Shown one piece after another: positions 9,616 through 17,599 of a DNA stretch of 64,000 nucleotides. A model generated the notes under the pieces. That model saw only the letters and a program-made list of their open reading frames with translations. It ran no database searches and had not been told where the DNA came from. The stretch is from NCBI GenBank assembly GCA_964646765.1, contig CAZYIA010000004.1, forward strand, positions 13,887 to 77,886, read 5' to 3'. Within the stretch, counting starts at the first letter, position 1. The number at the start of each line of letters is the position of its first letter. The position numbers and the translations under genes were made by a program. Source of the DNA: an uncultured Candidatus Saccharibacteria bacterium. GTDB taxonomy: Bacteria; Patescibacteriota; Minisyncoccia; Phycocordibacterales; UBA9973.

Positions 9616-10275
9616 TCATGGCGAGGTCTTCTTTCCGGAAGGCATGGTGGACGAGGACTTGCCGCCCGTTTTCTTTGTTGCGGGTGTTTTGGCCGGCGTG
9701 GCTGCCGGTTGGGCAACGGAAGGTTGTTGTGGCGGGACAGCCACAGCCGGACTCGCCGAGCCTGTGGTCTGCTGCGAAACAGCAGGCGCAACAACCGCCG
9801 GAGCATTTGCCGGAACCCATGCCGGCGTGTAACCCGGCGGCGTCGGACGCGCCGGCACCGCCAGACCCCGCGCACGTGCGTATTCGTCAGCCTGGTTCAT
9901 GAAACGCTGCGGGGCCTCCGGATCAACGCCCTCTTCGGGATGCGTACCCCCTCGGCAATAGTTCATTTCCATCTGGGGGAAAGGCACAAAGCCCGACTGC
10001 CCGGATTCCGGCGCAAACCGCGCCTTCAGTTCGATACGGAAGCGACGGCAATCGGGCTCCTTGAAGCGCTTGAGCGTAGTGATGTGCGCCATCACGTCAC
10101 CCTGCACTGGGGCTGTGCGTCGGACCAGATCGGTGATCTCTCCATCCAGCGGTGCGTTCACAAAACCGTTCGGCGCATCGATGGCCTCTTCGAGCAGCTC
10201 CTTGATGGATGCCGCCGTGCTGTGGCTCGATGCCACGAACAACATGCTGGCGAACAAATGATGCAGGTATTTCAA
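9616..10275 (-). CDS. Secreted hypothetical protein with Pro/Ala-rich C-terminal tail
   Basis: The signal peptide is MKYLHHLFASMLFVASSHSTAAS. The C-terminal third is a low-complexity P/A/T/Q-rich linker. Its position between traN and traF matches variable accessory genes in F/H-type clusters. Confidence 0.45.
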   Translation of the reverse strand: MKYLHHLFASMLFVASSHSTAASIKELLEEAIDAPNGFVNAPLDGEITDLVRRTAPVQGDVMAHITTLKRFKEPDCRRFRIELKARFAPESGQSGFVPFPQMEMNYCRGGTHPEEGVDPEAPQRFMNQADEYARARGLAVPARPTPPGYTPAWVPANAPAVVAPAVSQQTTGSASPAVAVPPQQPSVAQPAATPAKTPATKKTGGKSSSTMPSGKKTSP

Positions 10276-10287
10276 GCGTCTCTCCTT

Positions 10288-13212
10288 TCAAGGCTTCATT
10301 GACGGTGCATCGTAAATCACGCCTTTATTCCAGGTCGTATCGCATTGCGGCTGGAAATAGGAGTCCGTCTTGCAATTGACGTTGTCGGCGACGACGGCCT
10401 GGGTGCCAAATTGATCAAGCATCTTGGGCTGGATATCCTTGATGAATTCGGTGAGGTCCATCTGGGAAAAATCAAGGCCGGTCAGCTCACCGGGCGAGAA
10501 GCCGCTGCAATCGGGGCTTTTGGCCGAGCCGAAGGTCTTTCCCAGTTGCGCGCGCCCTTGCGTGTTGATGAGCTTGGCAAGCTTCGAGTTGTAGCAGCAG
10601 TAGCTCTGCTTGCGCTCGTAACACCAGCCAAGCACTTTCTTGCTGCAGTATGAGCCGACGTAGTTGCACAGATTGGCTCCACGACGCAATGCAAGCACCC
10701 CCTCGTCCTGGGTCATCGAGCAGGTGAGGACTTCCTTGATGACATACATCGCGACCGCGAAGGCGAAGGAATAGGGGTCGAAGGCAAACCCCATCGTAAA
10801 ACCCCCACCTGCAGCCGGGGCGAACGTGACTTGCAGTCCCCAGACGCTGAAGCTTGGCGACCATGCATTACCGCCAATGGCTCCCGTACCGTAGATAGTG
10901 TTGAATACACCGTCTGACAGTAAATCACTCTGGAAAAGCGCGTCGAACACGTACGGTGATCCGATGAACCCCGTTACGTTACGGGCGGCTGTGCCCATAA
11001 GCGACGTACCATAACTCGACATCCCGTACTGGCTGCTGTTGGTGGTCTCGCCCGCCTCCTTGACCTTGCAGCACGATCCCCAGGAGCGTTCCCGGCAGTT
11101 GCTGGCCACCCCCTTGAAAAGTTGAAGATCATCCGGATCCTGGTAGGCGCCCGCCTGACGTCCTATTTCCAGCCACAGCACGCTTTCCGTAAAATCCTGA
11201 TCGGCTGCACCACCAGACTGAAAGCAGTATCCATTGACACAGGTCATCTTGTCTTCGCAAGAGGTCACGGTCGTGCTCGTGCCCGTTCCACTTTCGACGC
11301 AAGTGAACTGCTTGTCCCAAACGATGCAGGTATCCGTGTCCGCGAACGTTTCGACACAGGCTTCCGACACCAGCGTACATTTTGGATCGTCGATCAGCTC
11401 CTTGCATTGGGAGTTGTCGAACTTGCCGCAGGTGTAGTTGCGGTCCCATTTCCAGCAATCCTTGGTGACCGGCATGCCATTGATGATCCGCGTGCCGCCT
11501 GGTTCAACGCACGTCTCGGAATCGTAGGTGCACAATGGGTCATTTTCAGTTGCGACACACTGGTTATCGATTTCGTCCTTGCCGATCGTGAAGTAATAAT
11601 CGAGCAGGATGACTTCCGCCGGGGGAGGAAAAATCTCGTCCGAGCAGCGGAAAACGTTTCGCCATTCCAGACAAGTACCGTTCGCAGCAGTGTTGATACA
11701 TTGCGGAATCGTATGCATCCAGCATCCTGCATCCATCAGGGGGTCGCAGTTGTTGATGACCTGGTCTATGAGACATTGATAGGTGGTCTGATATTCCCAG
11801 CAGTCACGGGTCACGGCCTCGCCGTTGATCTCCTTGGTGGATGGGCCGTCGACACAGACCTGGGTCATCGTGTAGCAGTTGTTGTCGTTGGCGTACACCG
11901 TGCACTGGTCCGTCCAGCTGTCGGTGGTTGTGACGGTCGTGACCCCTCCTGTCGGATCGGTGCCGCTTACGGTCTCGCTGCTTTGGTTGCCCCAACGCGG
12001 CCAGTAATAGTCAACTTTCAGCACCTCTGTGTCATGGTAATTTCCGGAAGGAGCACTTATTGACCCAGGGCCGACCTCGAATATCTTGAATGAATATGTG
12101 CACGTCGTACCGGAACATCCTTGTTGGGCGCCCGCCAGATAAGTCATCGCATGGCCAACGGTGCAAGCGCCCTTCCAATGGTGAATTGCATGCGAAATGG
12201 CATTATTTATGGACTGACCAGAACAGTACCCCTCGGAATCACAGGACCAATTTGTCGCTTGAGGACTTTCATTGCTCGAAACGACAAACGGAGCCTTGGG
12301 CACTTGCGCATATCCGTTCTGGCAGGTTCCGTGCAATCCGACGGAAGGGTCAAACCAGAGCTTGATATGGGTGGCCGTCGGGTTGGGGTCGCAGTAATAG
12401 AACACCTGAAAAACTACCGCGGAGCCACTGAGGTAGAGATTGCCGACCGGAACCCAGGTGCCAGGCGTGCAGTTCAACTCCGTGTTCACTTCCACTGCCA
12501 CGGTCAGCGTCTTCTTGCAGCCGTAGAGCTCCGCTTTGGTGTTCGAGCTGGTGCATTCGTAAAGGGCGTCCTTGTCCACCTCCACTTCCCGCACGAGCGA
12601 ACACGTTGCCGCTTGAGGCTCCATGCTTTCGGTGCATCCGTGGGTCGAACTCTCGGGCGGAAAATCGATGGTGTTCGTGGTGCACGGCGGTCCGCCGCAG
12701 CTCCCGTCAGCGATTGCGGTGGGGTTCCCCTCGCATGCGGTTTCCGTGATGCTAAACGTCATTCCGGCACTGCCAAGAATGGCGCTTGGATTGCTTTGCG
12801 CGGACTTGGCGACAGCAAAAAGCGGGTCGCTCTTGGAAAACACGAAGCCACCCTTGGTGGAGTCGTTCAGCGATTTCACCGCGTCACACGCCATTTGCTC
12901 ACGCGTGTCCGGATTGCTGGTCATGGACATGCAGGTGGCGTTATGTGAGTAACTGGGAGTCGTGAGATCTCCCGTACCCCCGCCATACAGGATGCTGGGG
13001 TCGTTCCCGCCGCCGACATAGGGCACCCCGTGGGGTGCGTCGCTCGGCAAATGTGCGGCCGCGGCCGCAGAGTTGACTTCCGGCTTGTGGTACGGCGAAC
13101 TTCCCCAGAATGTCGCGCCCTGGTTGAAAGCGTCCACCGTACTGACGTCAGCCCTTACTACATTGGACAATCCAAGCGCAAGCAGCAGTACCGAGACAAT
13201 CCATCGCTTCAT
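10288..13212 (-). CDS. traN: Mating-pair stabilisation outer-membrane protein TraN (F/H-type, Cys-rich)
   Basis: The 974-aa ORF has a signal peptide and very many conserved cysteines, especially in the C-terminal half (CCxxK, CxxNxCxxL patterns). It sits after traU and trbC as in F. Its size is closer to H-type TrhN. Confidence 0.88.
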   Translation of the reverse strand: MKRWIVSVLLLALGLSNVVRADVSTVDAFNQGATFWGSSPYHKPEVNSAAAAAHLPSDAPHGVPYVGGGNDPSILYGGGTGDLTTPSYSHNATCMSMTSNPDTREQMACDAVKSLNDSTKGGFVFSKSDPLFAVAKSAQSNPSAILGSAGMTFSITETACEGNPTAIADGSCGGPPCTTNTIDFPPESSTHGCTESMEPQAATCSLVREVEVDKDALYECTSSNTKAELYGCKKTLTVAVEVNTELNCTPGTWVPVGNLYLSGSAVVFQVFYYCDPNPTATHIKLWFDPSVGLHGTCQNGYAQVPKAPFVVSSNESPQATNWSCDSEGYCSGQSINNAISHAIHHWKGACTVGHAMTYLAGAQQGCSGTTCTYSFKIFEVGPGSISAPSGNYHDTEVLKVDYYWPRWGNQSSETVSGTDPTGGVTTVTTTDSWTDQCTVYANDNNCYTMTQVCVDGPSTKEINGEAVTRDCWEYQTTYQCLIDQVINNCDPLMDAGCWMHTIPQCINTAANGTCLEWRNVFRCSDEIFPPPAEVILLDYYFTIGKDEIDNQCVATENDPLCTYDSETCVEPGGTRIINGMPVTKDCWKWDRNYTCGKFDNSQCKELIDDPKCTLVSEACVETFADTDTCIVWDKQFTCVESGTGTSTTVTSCEDKMTCVNGYCFQSGGAADQDFTESVLWLEIGRQAGAYQDPDDLQLFKGVASNCRERSWGSCCKVKEAGETTNSSQYGMSSYGTSLMGTAARNVTGFIGSPYVFDALFQSDLLSDGVFNTIYGTGAIGGNAWSPSFSVWGLQVTFAPAAGGGFTMGFAFDPYSFAFAVAMYVIKEVLTCSMTQDEGVLALRRGANLCNYVGSYCSKKVLGWCYERKQSYCCYNSKLAKLINTQGRAQLGKTFGSAKSPDCSGFSPGELTGLDFSQMDLTEFIKDIQPKMLDQFGTQAVVADNVNCKTDSYFQPQCDTTWNKGVIYDAPSMKP

Positions 13213-14042
13213 CGGGCGCTCCCCACAGCCTGCAGCCGCGCCTGTGCGATACGCCCAAGCTCGTCAGAACGCCTGGCGAATTGCTCGAGCGCATACTCGA
13301 TGGACACGTCTCCGACGAGGCTCACGTGATTCGTGCACACCCCGTCGTCGCACGCCTTGTCGGCCATTGCGGCCAGGACAGTCGTTGGCACGGCCGTAAC
13401 GCCATATTTGCGGAACAGCTCGGGATGAATTTGCACGTCCGCCCCTTGGTCTGTTGCCGGCTTGAGTGCGCGAACGGTGTTCTGAAGATTGCGGCCGCTG
13501 AAACCGCCGGCAACGCCTCGCAGGACAAGCACCGCACCATAGCGCTTGGCTTGTGCGCCAATCACACGAAGCGTTTCGTCGGGAAGTGAAGTGGAAACGA
13601 AGACGACAAGCTGATCCTTGGGACCGTTTGCCATCGGGTCGGCAGCGGAAACATTGCGATAGAGCCGCACGATTTCCGCCGGATCGACAGCATCCGCGGC
13701 CATTTCCCGCGCTGCGCGCGCCGCGGCGGCGGGAGCCGTATTTTGAATAGGGGCCTGGTTGTGGCGAACGTACGCCCGCTCAACAGCGTCCGATGGATTG
13801 ACGCCCCCGGTTTGGGCGTTACGGGAAGCGCGATCGATGGCCTGGCCGACCTGGTCGCGTGACAATCCTGGTGCACCCGGATTGCCTGTAACCGACGTGT
13901 CGATACGACGGACGGCAGCGGCCGCCTGATCCAGCATTTCGTAATAATGCTGTTGCAGTTGCTGGGGCATGACCTCCTGCCCGTGAGCCGGCACTGTAGC
14001 CATGCCAATGGCAACCAGAAAACCAATGAAGTGTCGTGTCAT
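13209..14042 (-). CDS. trbC: Conjugal transfer pilus assembly protein TrbC (F-type)
   Basis: The start was refined to MTRHFIGFLVAIGMATVPAHG (signal peptide), giving an ATGA overlap with the traU stop. A C-terminal Cys pair (CDDGVC) is present. Its position between traU and traN matches F. Confidence 0.75.
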   Translation of the reverse strand: MTRHFIGFLVAIGMATVPAHGQEVMPQQLQQHYYEMLDQAAAAVRRIDTSVTGNPGAPGLSRDQVGQAIDRASRNAQTGGVNPSDAVERAYVRHNQAPIQNTAPAAAARAAREMAADAVDPAEIVRLYRNVSAADPMANGPKDQLVVFVSTSLPDETLRVIGAQAKRYGAVLVLRGVAGGFSGRNLQNTVRALKPATDQGADVQIHPELFRKYGVTAVPTTVLAAMADKACDDGVCTNHVSLVGDVSIEYALEQFARRSDELGRIAQARLQAVGSAR

Positions 14043-15097
14043 GGTGACAAAACATCCGATAGAGGGAAGCCGCCAGAACAGCAATCCCGTTTACGAAAGA
14101 TCTGGTACGCGAAATCCTCACCGGCAATCGGAATTTCCTTGCCGGGTTGCCAGTGCATGGTTGTACGTCCGATGGGCTGGCAGCACTTCCCAGCAATCTT
14201 TTGAGTGGCGGGCACCGGATAGACAAGCTGCGTCTTGTAGTTGCGCTTGTTCATGATCGGATCCCAGTAAATTCCGCACATGCCTTTCTTCCCGGCACCA
14301 GAGAAGATCAGTCCTTCGCGATGCATCTTCGTGAGCATCCTGGCAACAAGCAAAGACGACGCACGCACTCCGCCGTATTGCGTGGGAACCCAGCCGTTGA
14401 GCGGGAACATGCTGCCCTGGCAGCCGGCGCACCAGAAGAGTTCGGTCAGGGGGAAGCCGAGTGTGGCGGTCGTGCAATCGAACGGGCAGGCGAGCTGCGC
14501 CACCATGTTGCCAAACAAAACGGCTTCGGGATTGATGAGGAAGGTTTTCTTCGAGTCATGCCACAACGGATCGACTTCCGTGAAATACGCAAGGTCGAAT
14601 ACGCCCGATTCAAGGCAGGGATGATCCAGCAGAACCTCCAGCCAGAACCAGATGGGGTTGACGTACCAGTGGGCCTGGTAGAACGACATTGGAGGCTGCG
14701 CCGTATGGCGTTTCGTGCGTCCGTGCGCACCCTCGCGCACGCTGATCATGCCGCTGGTGTCAGCGTTGATGTCGATATCGAGCTTCAAGCCGCCGAGCGA
14801 CGGAAAACAATAGGGTTCGCGCGCGACTTCGATCACGCGCACAGGCTCCCAGAACCCCAGTGTCACACCGATGTTCTCGCCACAGTTGCAGAGAACCCCA
14901 CCAGGCGACGAGCCATTGTCTTCCTGATCGAGCCCGATAACTCCGGCCCCTGAAATGCGCATGGGAAAGGCGCAGCTCCAGCAGATGTCCGTGATCGGAT
15001 TCATGAATTTCCCGCGACATACGTTTTCCGCTGCGGCAAGATTGGCGCCGAAAAGACTTGCCAGGCAAAACAAGATGGCGAAGAACGTCTTTTTCAT
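14039..15097 (-). CDS. traU: Conjugal transfer protein TraU (F-type)
   Basis: The 352-aa ORF has a signal peptide and many conserved Cys (CWSCAFP, CNCGEN, CCQPIG, CCSGGFP). This is typical of TraU. Confidence 0.9.
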   Translation of the reverse strand: MKKTFFAILFCLASLFGANLAAAENVCRGKFMNPITDICWSCAFPMRISGAGVIGLDQEDNGSSPGGVLCNCGENIGVTLGFWEPVRVIEVAREPYCFPSLGGLKLDIDINADTSGMISVREGAHGRTKRHTAQPPMSFYQAHWYVNPIWFWLEVLLDHPCLESGVFDLAYFTEVDPLWHDSKKTFLINPEAVLFGNMVAQLACPFDCTTATLGFPLTELFWCAGCQGSMFPLNGWVPTQYGGVRASSLLVARMLTKMHREGLIFSGAGKKGMCGIYWDPIMNKRNYKTQLVYPVPATQKIAGKCCQPIGRTTMHWQPGKEIPIAGEDFAYQIFRKRDCCSGGFPLSDVLSP

Positions 15098-15174
15098 AGC
15101 GCAAAGAGGCTGAGAAGCGCTTGCAGCAGAACGGCGGTAAAAACGGCATTAGTGAGCTCGAACATTGCGGTTCC

Positions 15175-15789
15175 CTACATGGCAAATTCTTCGATGCGTA
15201 AACGGTTCCCTTCCTGCGTCACCAGGGCGGGAACGTGCTTGATCCCCAATTTTTGGGTGATGAAACCCGTCTGGTCGTAGTACACCTTGCGCCGCCACTC
15301 CTTCGTGAGATCAACAAAGGACCCGCCTGTCAGGACCGGCATGATTGCCCCCTTGAACCGGTTGACCAGCGCGATGGCCTTCTTGACCTGTCGGCTGTCA
15401 CGCGCATCGAAGAACAGCATGGGGTCCCCGAAATCCTGCATATCGAGCGGGTTGGCGCGCGTGCCGCGCGGAACGACGATCCGGCCGTCGGGTGACGTGA
15501 TGTCTTCATGTGCGACCACTGTCGGGTCGTAATAAGTGACCCGGTTCCGCTTGGCCGTAGTAATCCCGGCGACCGGTGGAGGATTGAGGATCCGCGCCTT
15601 GGCACGCTCTGCCGCCTCTTTCTGGAGACGGAGCATCTCACCCGATTTTTCCTTCTGGCGCAGCTTGGCCAGGATCTCTTCCAGGATGTCCGGTTCCCGG
15701 ATTTCATAGGTGGGACCGATGGCGCTTTCGCGTTCCTCTGCAGCCGCGACCGGCGACATGTGGAAAGATGCCGCCATTGCACACATCAT
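15175..15789 (-). CDS. traW: Conjugal transfer pilus assembly protein TraW (F-type)
   Basis: The start was refined to MMCAMAASFHMSPVAAAEE (signal peptide), with CATCAT verified at 15784-15789. TraW-like motifs are present (PTYEIREPDILEEI, TYYDPTV). Confidence 0.85.
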   Translation of the reverse strand: MMCAMAASFHMSPVAAAEERESAIGPTYEIREPDILEEILAKLRQKEKSGEMLRLQKEAAERAKARILNPPPVAGITTAKRNRVTYYDPTVVAHEDITSPDGRIVVPRGTRANPLDMQDFGDPMLFFDARDSRQVKKAIALVNRFKGAIMPVLTGGSFVDLTKEWRRKVYYDQTGFITQKLGIKHVPALVTQEGNRLRIEEFAM

Positions 15790-15823
15790 TGCCAGGAAAG
15801 CGGGGAAACGGGACGGCCGCACG

Positions 15824-16339
15824 TCATTCCTTCCCCGTTTGGAAGTCCGGGTCGAAGCGCATGCCGCGCTCCAGCTGCCGCCGCAGCACGGCATTGTCCG
15901 CGCCAGCAAGGCCAACCAGCTCCTTGACTCTGTTTGTGAGGTCAGGCACGTTTTCCGCGACCGTGGCACCCGCGGTCAACAGAAGGCAGTCACATTCCGC
16001 TTGCACCGTGTTCAAGGAATCCTGCAACTCCCGCCCAAACCGACTGGCCGCATCATAGGCGGCACCGCGTTCCTTGTCGGTAACGGTCTTTGTGGTGACC
16101 ATGCTGGCAAGCTGAAGTTGTTTGGCCTCCACGATTGCCTGCACGTCGACGATAGCAAAGTGAACCGGTCGGTCGACAAAGTGCCTGTAGCCGAGTAACG
16201 CGATGATCACGGTGACAAGCGCGACGAACAGAGCGATGCCCGTTACTTCAAGAAAGGACACGCCACCCACAGGATTCGGGGGCGACGAGACGTCTTCGGG
16301 GGTGGTATCGGTTGAAGGCGTCGATTCGGTTGTCATCAA
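15824..16339 (-). CDS. trbI: TrbI-like (F-type) single-pass membrane conjugal transfer protein
   Basis: The 171-aa ORF has one TM helix followed by a periplasmic domain (FAIVDVQAIVEAKQLQLASMV). Its position between the S26 peptidase/traC and traW matches trbI in F. The family assignment is from pattern only. Confidence 0.5.
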   Translation of the reverse strand: MMTTESTPSTDTTPEDVSSPPNPVGGVSFLEVTGIALFVALVTVIIALLGYRHFVDRPVHFAIVDVQAIVEAKQLQLASMVTTKTVTDKERGAAYDAASRFGRELQDSLNTVQAECDCLLLTAGATVAENVPDLTNRVKELVGLAGADNAVLRRQLERGMRFDPDFQTGKE

Positions 16340-16351
16340 GGGTCTCCTGAT

Positions 16352-16371
16352 GGCACTGCATTGGCAGTGCC
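16352..16371. promoter_or_regulatory. Perfect hairpin (GGCACTGC ATT GCAGTGCC) immediately upstream of the trbI-like RBS
   Basis: An 8-bp stem with a 3-nt loop is seen directly. It is followed on the minus strand by CAGGAGACC and the ATG at 16339. Confidence 0.4.
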
Positions 16372-16492
16372 TGCGTCGAGTACATCAGGAGAAATTACAG
16401 GACACGGTGAAAAGCGCAAAAAGTTATAGCGACACCCCGACTGAAAGGCCGGTTTGCCGTGTGCCGGGTCGGATTTGCCGGGCGGTGAAAGG

Positions 16493-17023
16493 TCAGCGGG
16501 AAGCTGGGCGGCGTCTGGGACGCTTGTGGGGCAGACTTGATGTATTCAGCAGCACTGCGCCATCCGGTAGCCGTTTCAGGTGCCCCATTTCTTCCAGTTG
16601 ACCAAGCGCGGTGGACGACATGAATGGATTGTTTTCGGTCATGTCACGCAACGCCATGCCATGGACATAACCTTCATCCGACGCAATGCTGGCGATCGCG
16701 GACAACACCATCCGGGTAAACGCGGGATTATCGAAGACCAGTGCCTCTTCTTCGAGTTGCTTGATACGAGCCATATTCTTGCGGCCTTTCTCAAGTAACT
16801 CGTGGCGTGCGTGATGAATCGCGCCCGAGATTTTCGACACCGCCTTATGTTGGCGTTCAGTGCGGTTTTCTTCCGGGATGGCCAGGATCTGACGCAGGTT
16901 GCCCCGCATCGAGGCGAGGGTATTGTGAGACGGACGCCGTGCGGCAGAGGGTTTGGAACGGGTATTCATGCGCATATTGTGGCATGCGGCACCGCAAGAT
17001 ATCCGCACGCCCCCATGCAACAC
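16493..17023 (-). CDS. Hypothetical protein, possible winged-helix DNA-binding protein (true start uncertain)
   Basis: The C-terminal half (MARIKQLEEEALVFDNPAFTRMVLSAIASIASDEGYVHGMALRDMTENNPFMSSTALGQLEEMGHLKRLPDGAVLL) looks like a wHTH. The N-terminal half is basic and low-complexity, so an internal start near 16774 is plausible. Confidence 0.3.
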   Translation of the reverse strand: MLHGGVRISCGAACHNMRMNTRSKPSAARRPSHNTLASMRGNLRQILAIPEENRTERQHKAVSKISGAIHHARHELLEKGRKNMARIKQLEEEALVFDNPAFTRMVLSAIASIASDEGYVHGMALRDMTENNPFMSSTALGQLEEMGHLKRLPDGAVLLNTSSLPHKRPRRRPASR

Positions 17024-17578
17024 TCAAAACAACGTAACGACACGCCCCATGATTCGGTCGCGCGCCACCAGCCCCATTGTGGCGTAACGGGAATCATACG
17101 AATCCTTGCTGGGGGTGCCCACAAAATACATTCCATCCGGGATTATCCCGCCTTTGGCTACGGCCAAGGGTTTGCCGGTCTTGCTGAAACGCTTGGCGTG
17201 GGCGACCCAATCGCCATTGATGAAGATGTCGCGGCCATCTTCACCCCCTATTTCCACGAAGTCACCAGGCATGCCGTAGATGTATTTGGCCAGAACCAGG
17301 CCGCCGGGCGGGCCCATTGGGCCATCTACCGTGAGAATGCCGAATTTGCCACCGCGAAACGGCGTGGTGTCCCATTTCTTCACGACATAGAGGTGGTCGT
17401 TTGGAAGAGAGCTGTCCACGGAAATGCCGACAAAGAAGAACTGGGTCAAGACGCCCAATGTCAGCACGAAGCTGATCACCGCCATGTAATAGCGGCGCAG
17501 GGTCTTCATGCATTCCGTGCCCAGCCAGCGCAGATTCGCAAGCGTGAACGTGGAACGGATAATCGCAAAGCTGCTCAA
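17024..17578 (-). CDS. trhF: S26-family conjugative signal peptidase (TrhF/TraF-like)
   Basis: Signal peptidase I-like motifs are present (GPMGPPGGLVL, GMPGDFVEI, GDWVAHAKRF). Its position immediately downstream of traC matches H-type and SXT clusters (trhF). Confidence 0.78.
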   Translation of the reverse strand: MSSFAIIRSTFTLANLRWLGTECMKTLRRYYMAVISFVLTLGVLTQFFFVGISVDSSLPNDHLYVVKKWDTTPFRGGKFGILTVDGPMGPPGGLVLAKYIYGMPGDFVEIGGEDGRDIFINGDWVAHAKRFSKTGKPLAVAKGGIIPDGMYFVGTPSKDSYDSRYATMGLVARDRIMGRVVTLF

Positions 17579-17599
17579 GTGTCACCTCCTGCCGTGCTA

